A DNA stretch of 55,571 nt from a virus. Taxonomy: Duplodnaviria > Caudoviricetes. Position 1 is the first letter of the stretch; the number at the start of each line of letters is the position of its first letter. The position numbers were made by a program, and so were the translations under genes. The DNA lies in the IMG/VR virus record IMGVR_UViG_3300049924_000170, positions 1 through 55,571 of that record; one strand, given 5' to 3'. The notes beneath the pieces are model-generated. The model made no database searches and was not told the origin of the DNA. It saw only the letters and a list, made by a program, of their open reading frames with translations. Shown piece after piece: positions 54,986-55,571 of the stretch.

Positions 54986-55571
54986 ATGATTATAAATGCA
55001 AAGTTAATAAGTTCTCTAAACGCTTGTAAAGACAGATATGACAATTACCTATCACATTATGGCTCTACAGACTTTAGCGTTGACGCTTTTTTGGATTTAG
55101 ATAAAATTACTTACTCTGATAAACTTTGGGTATTAAAACGTGTTATGAATGCTGTACAAGCTAGAACTTTTGCACTTTTATGTGCTGACAGCGTTTTGCC
55201 TATTTACGAGGCTCAGCGCCCAAAGGACAGCAGAGTCCGAAACTGTCTCAACTTCTTAAAGTCTATTAAAGATTTAGGAAATTTAACAGAAGCAGAAAAA
55301 ATTGAACTAAAGGTTCAAAGAAATGCTGCTGCTGCTGCTGCTTATGCTGCTGATGATGCTGCTGCTTATGCTGCTGCTGATGATGCTGCTGCTTATGCTG
55401 CTGCTGCTGCTGCTGCTGATGATGCTGCTGCTGCTGCTGCTTATGCTGCTGATGATGCTGCTGCTTATGCTGCTGCTTATGCTGCTGATGATGCTGCTGC
55501 TGATGCTGCTGCTTATGCTGCTGCTGCTGCTGCTGCTTATGCTGCTGCTTATGCTGCTGATGCTGCTGCTG
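54986..55571 (+). CDS. Imm5-like domain protein with long Ala/Tyr/Asp tail (N-terminal part; wraps to 2-586)
   Basis: MIINAKLISSLNACKDRY...FALLCADSVLPIYEAQRPKDSRVR...QRNAAAAAAYAADD; open to window end. Confidence 0.75.
   Translation, partial: MIINAKLISSLNACKDRYDNYLSHYGSTDFSVDAFLDLDKITYSDKLWVLKRVMNAVQARTFALLCADSVLPIYEAQRPKDSRVRNCLNFLKSIKDLGNLTEAEKIELKVQRNAAAAAAYAADDAAAYAAADDAAAYAAAAAAADDAAAAAAYAADDAAAYAAAYAADDAAADAAAYAAAAAAAYAAAYAADAAA

Noticed and set aside
1-55571. Lysogeny module, Z-genome pathway or alternative genetic code
   Set aside because: No integrase, CI-like repressor or PurZ recognised; genes tile densely under the standard code, with TAA, TAG and TGA all used as stops

Overview
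Apparently complete ~55.6 kb dsDNA tailed phage genome (podovirus-type). It seems to have been opened inside a low-complexity Ala/Tyr/Asp repeat gene that runs off the right end (54986->) and resumes at the left end (->586). Layout: (+) replication/lysis arm 50-55.6 kb and 0.6-11 kb (AEP primase, SF3 helicase, PD-(D/E)XK exonuclease, dATP/dGTP diphosphohydrolase, M15 peptidase, HNH, PolA); (-) virion arm 11-38 kb (terminase, portal, scaffold, capsid, adaptor, nozzle, internal proteins, many fibre-like genes, holins); (-) small early/accessory genes 38-49.5 kb (two ClpP-like proteases, PA14 lipoprotein, LuxR HTH, ECF sigma). I saw no integrase, canonical tRNA or CRISPR array. The strongest unexplained signal is non-coding. 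There are 17 correctly spaced sigma54-type (-24 GG/-12 TGC or TGA) sites. Eight sit directly upstream of genes, and eight are packed into a gene-free 250 bp array (46030-46276), five of them co-oriented at 40/40/30/30 bp spacing. Enhancer-like palindromes accompany them, but the phage encodes no recognisable sigma54 activator. This suggests a host-sigma54-dependent phage programme and a possible RpoN-holoenzyme sponge. Also notable: a self-contained ~138 nt structured RNA with a tRNA T-arm mimic, an iteron-rich putative origin, and a candidate late-promoter motif. All functional calls come from motif recognition by eye; no database searches were run.
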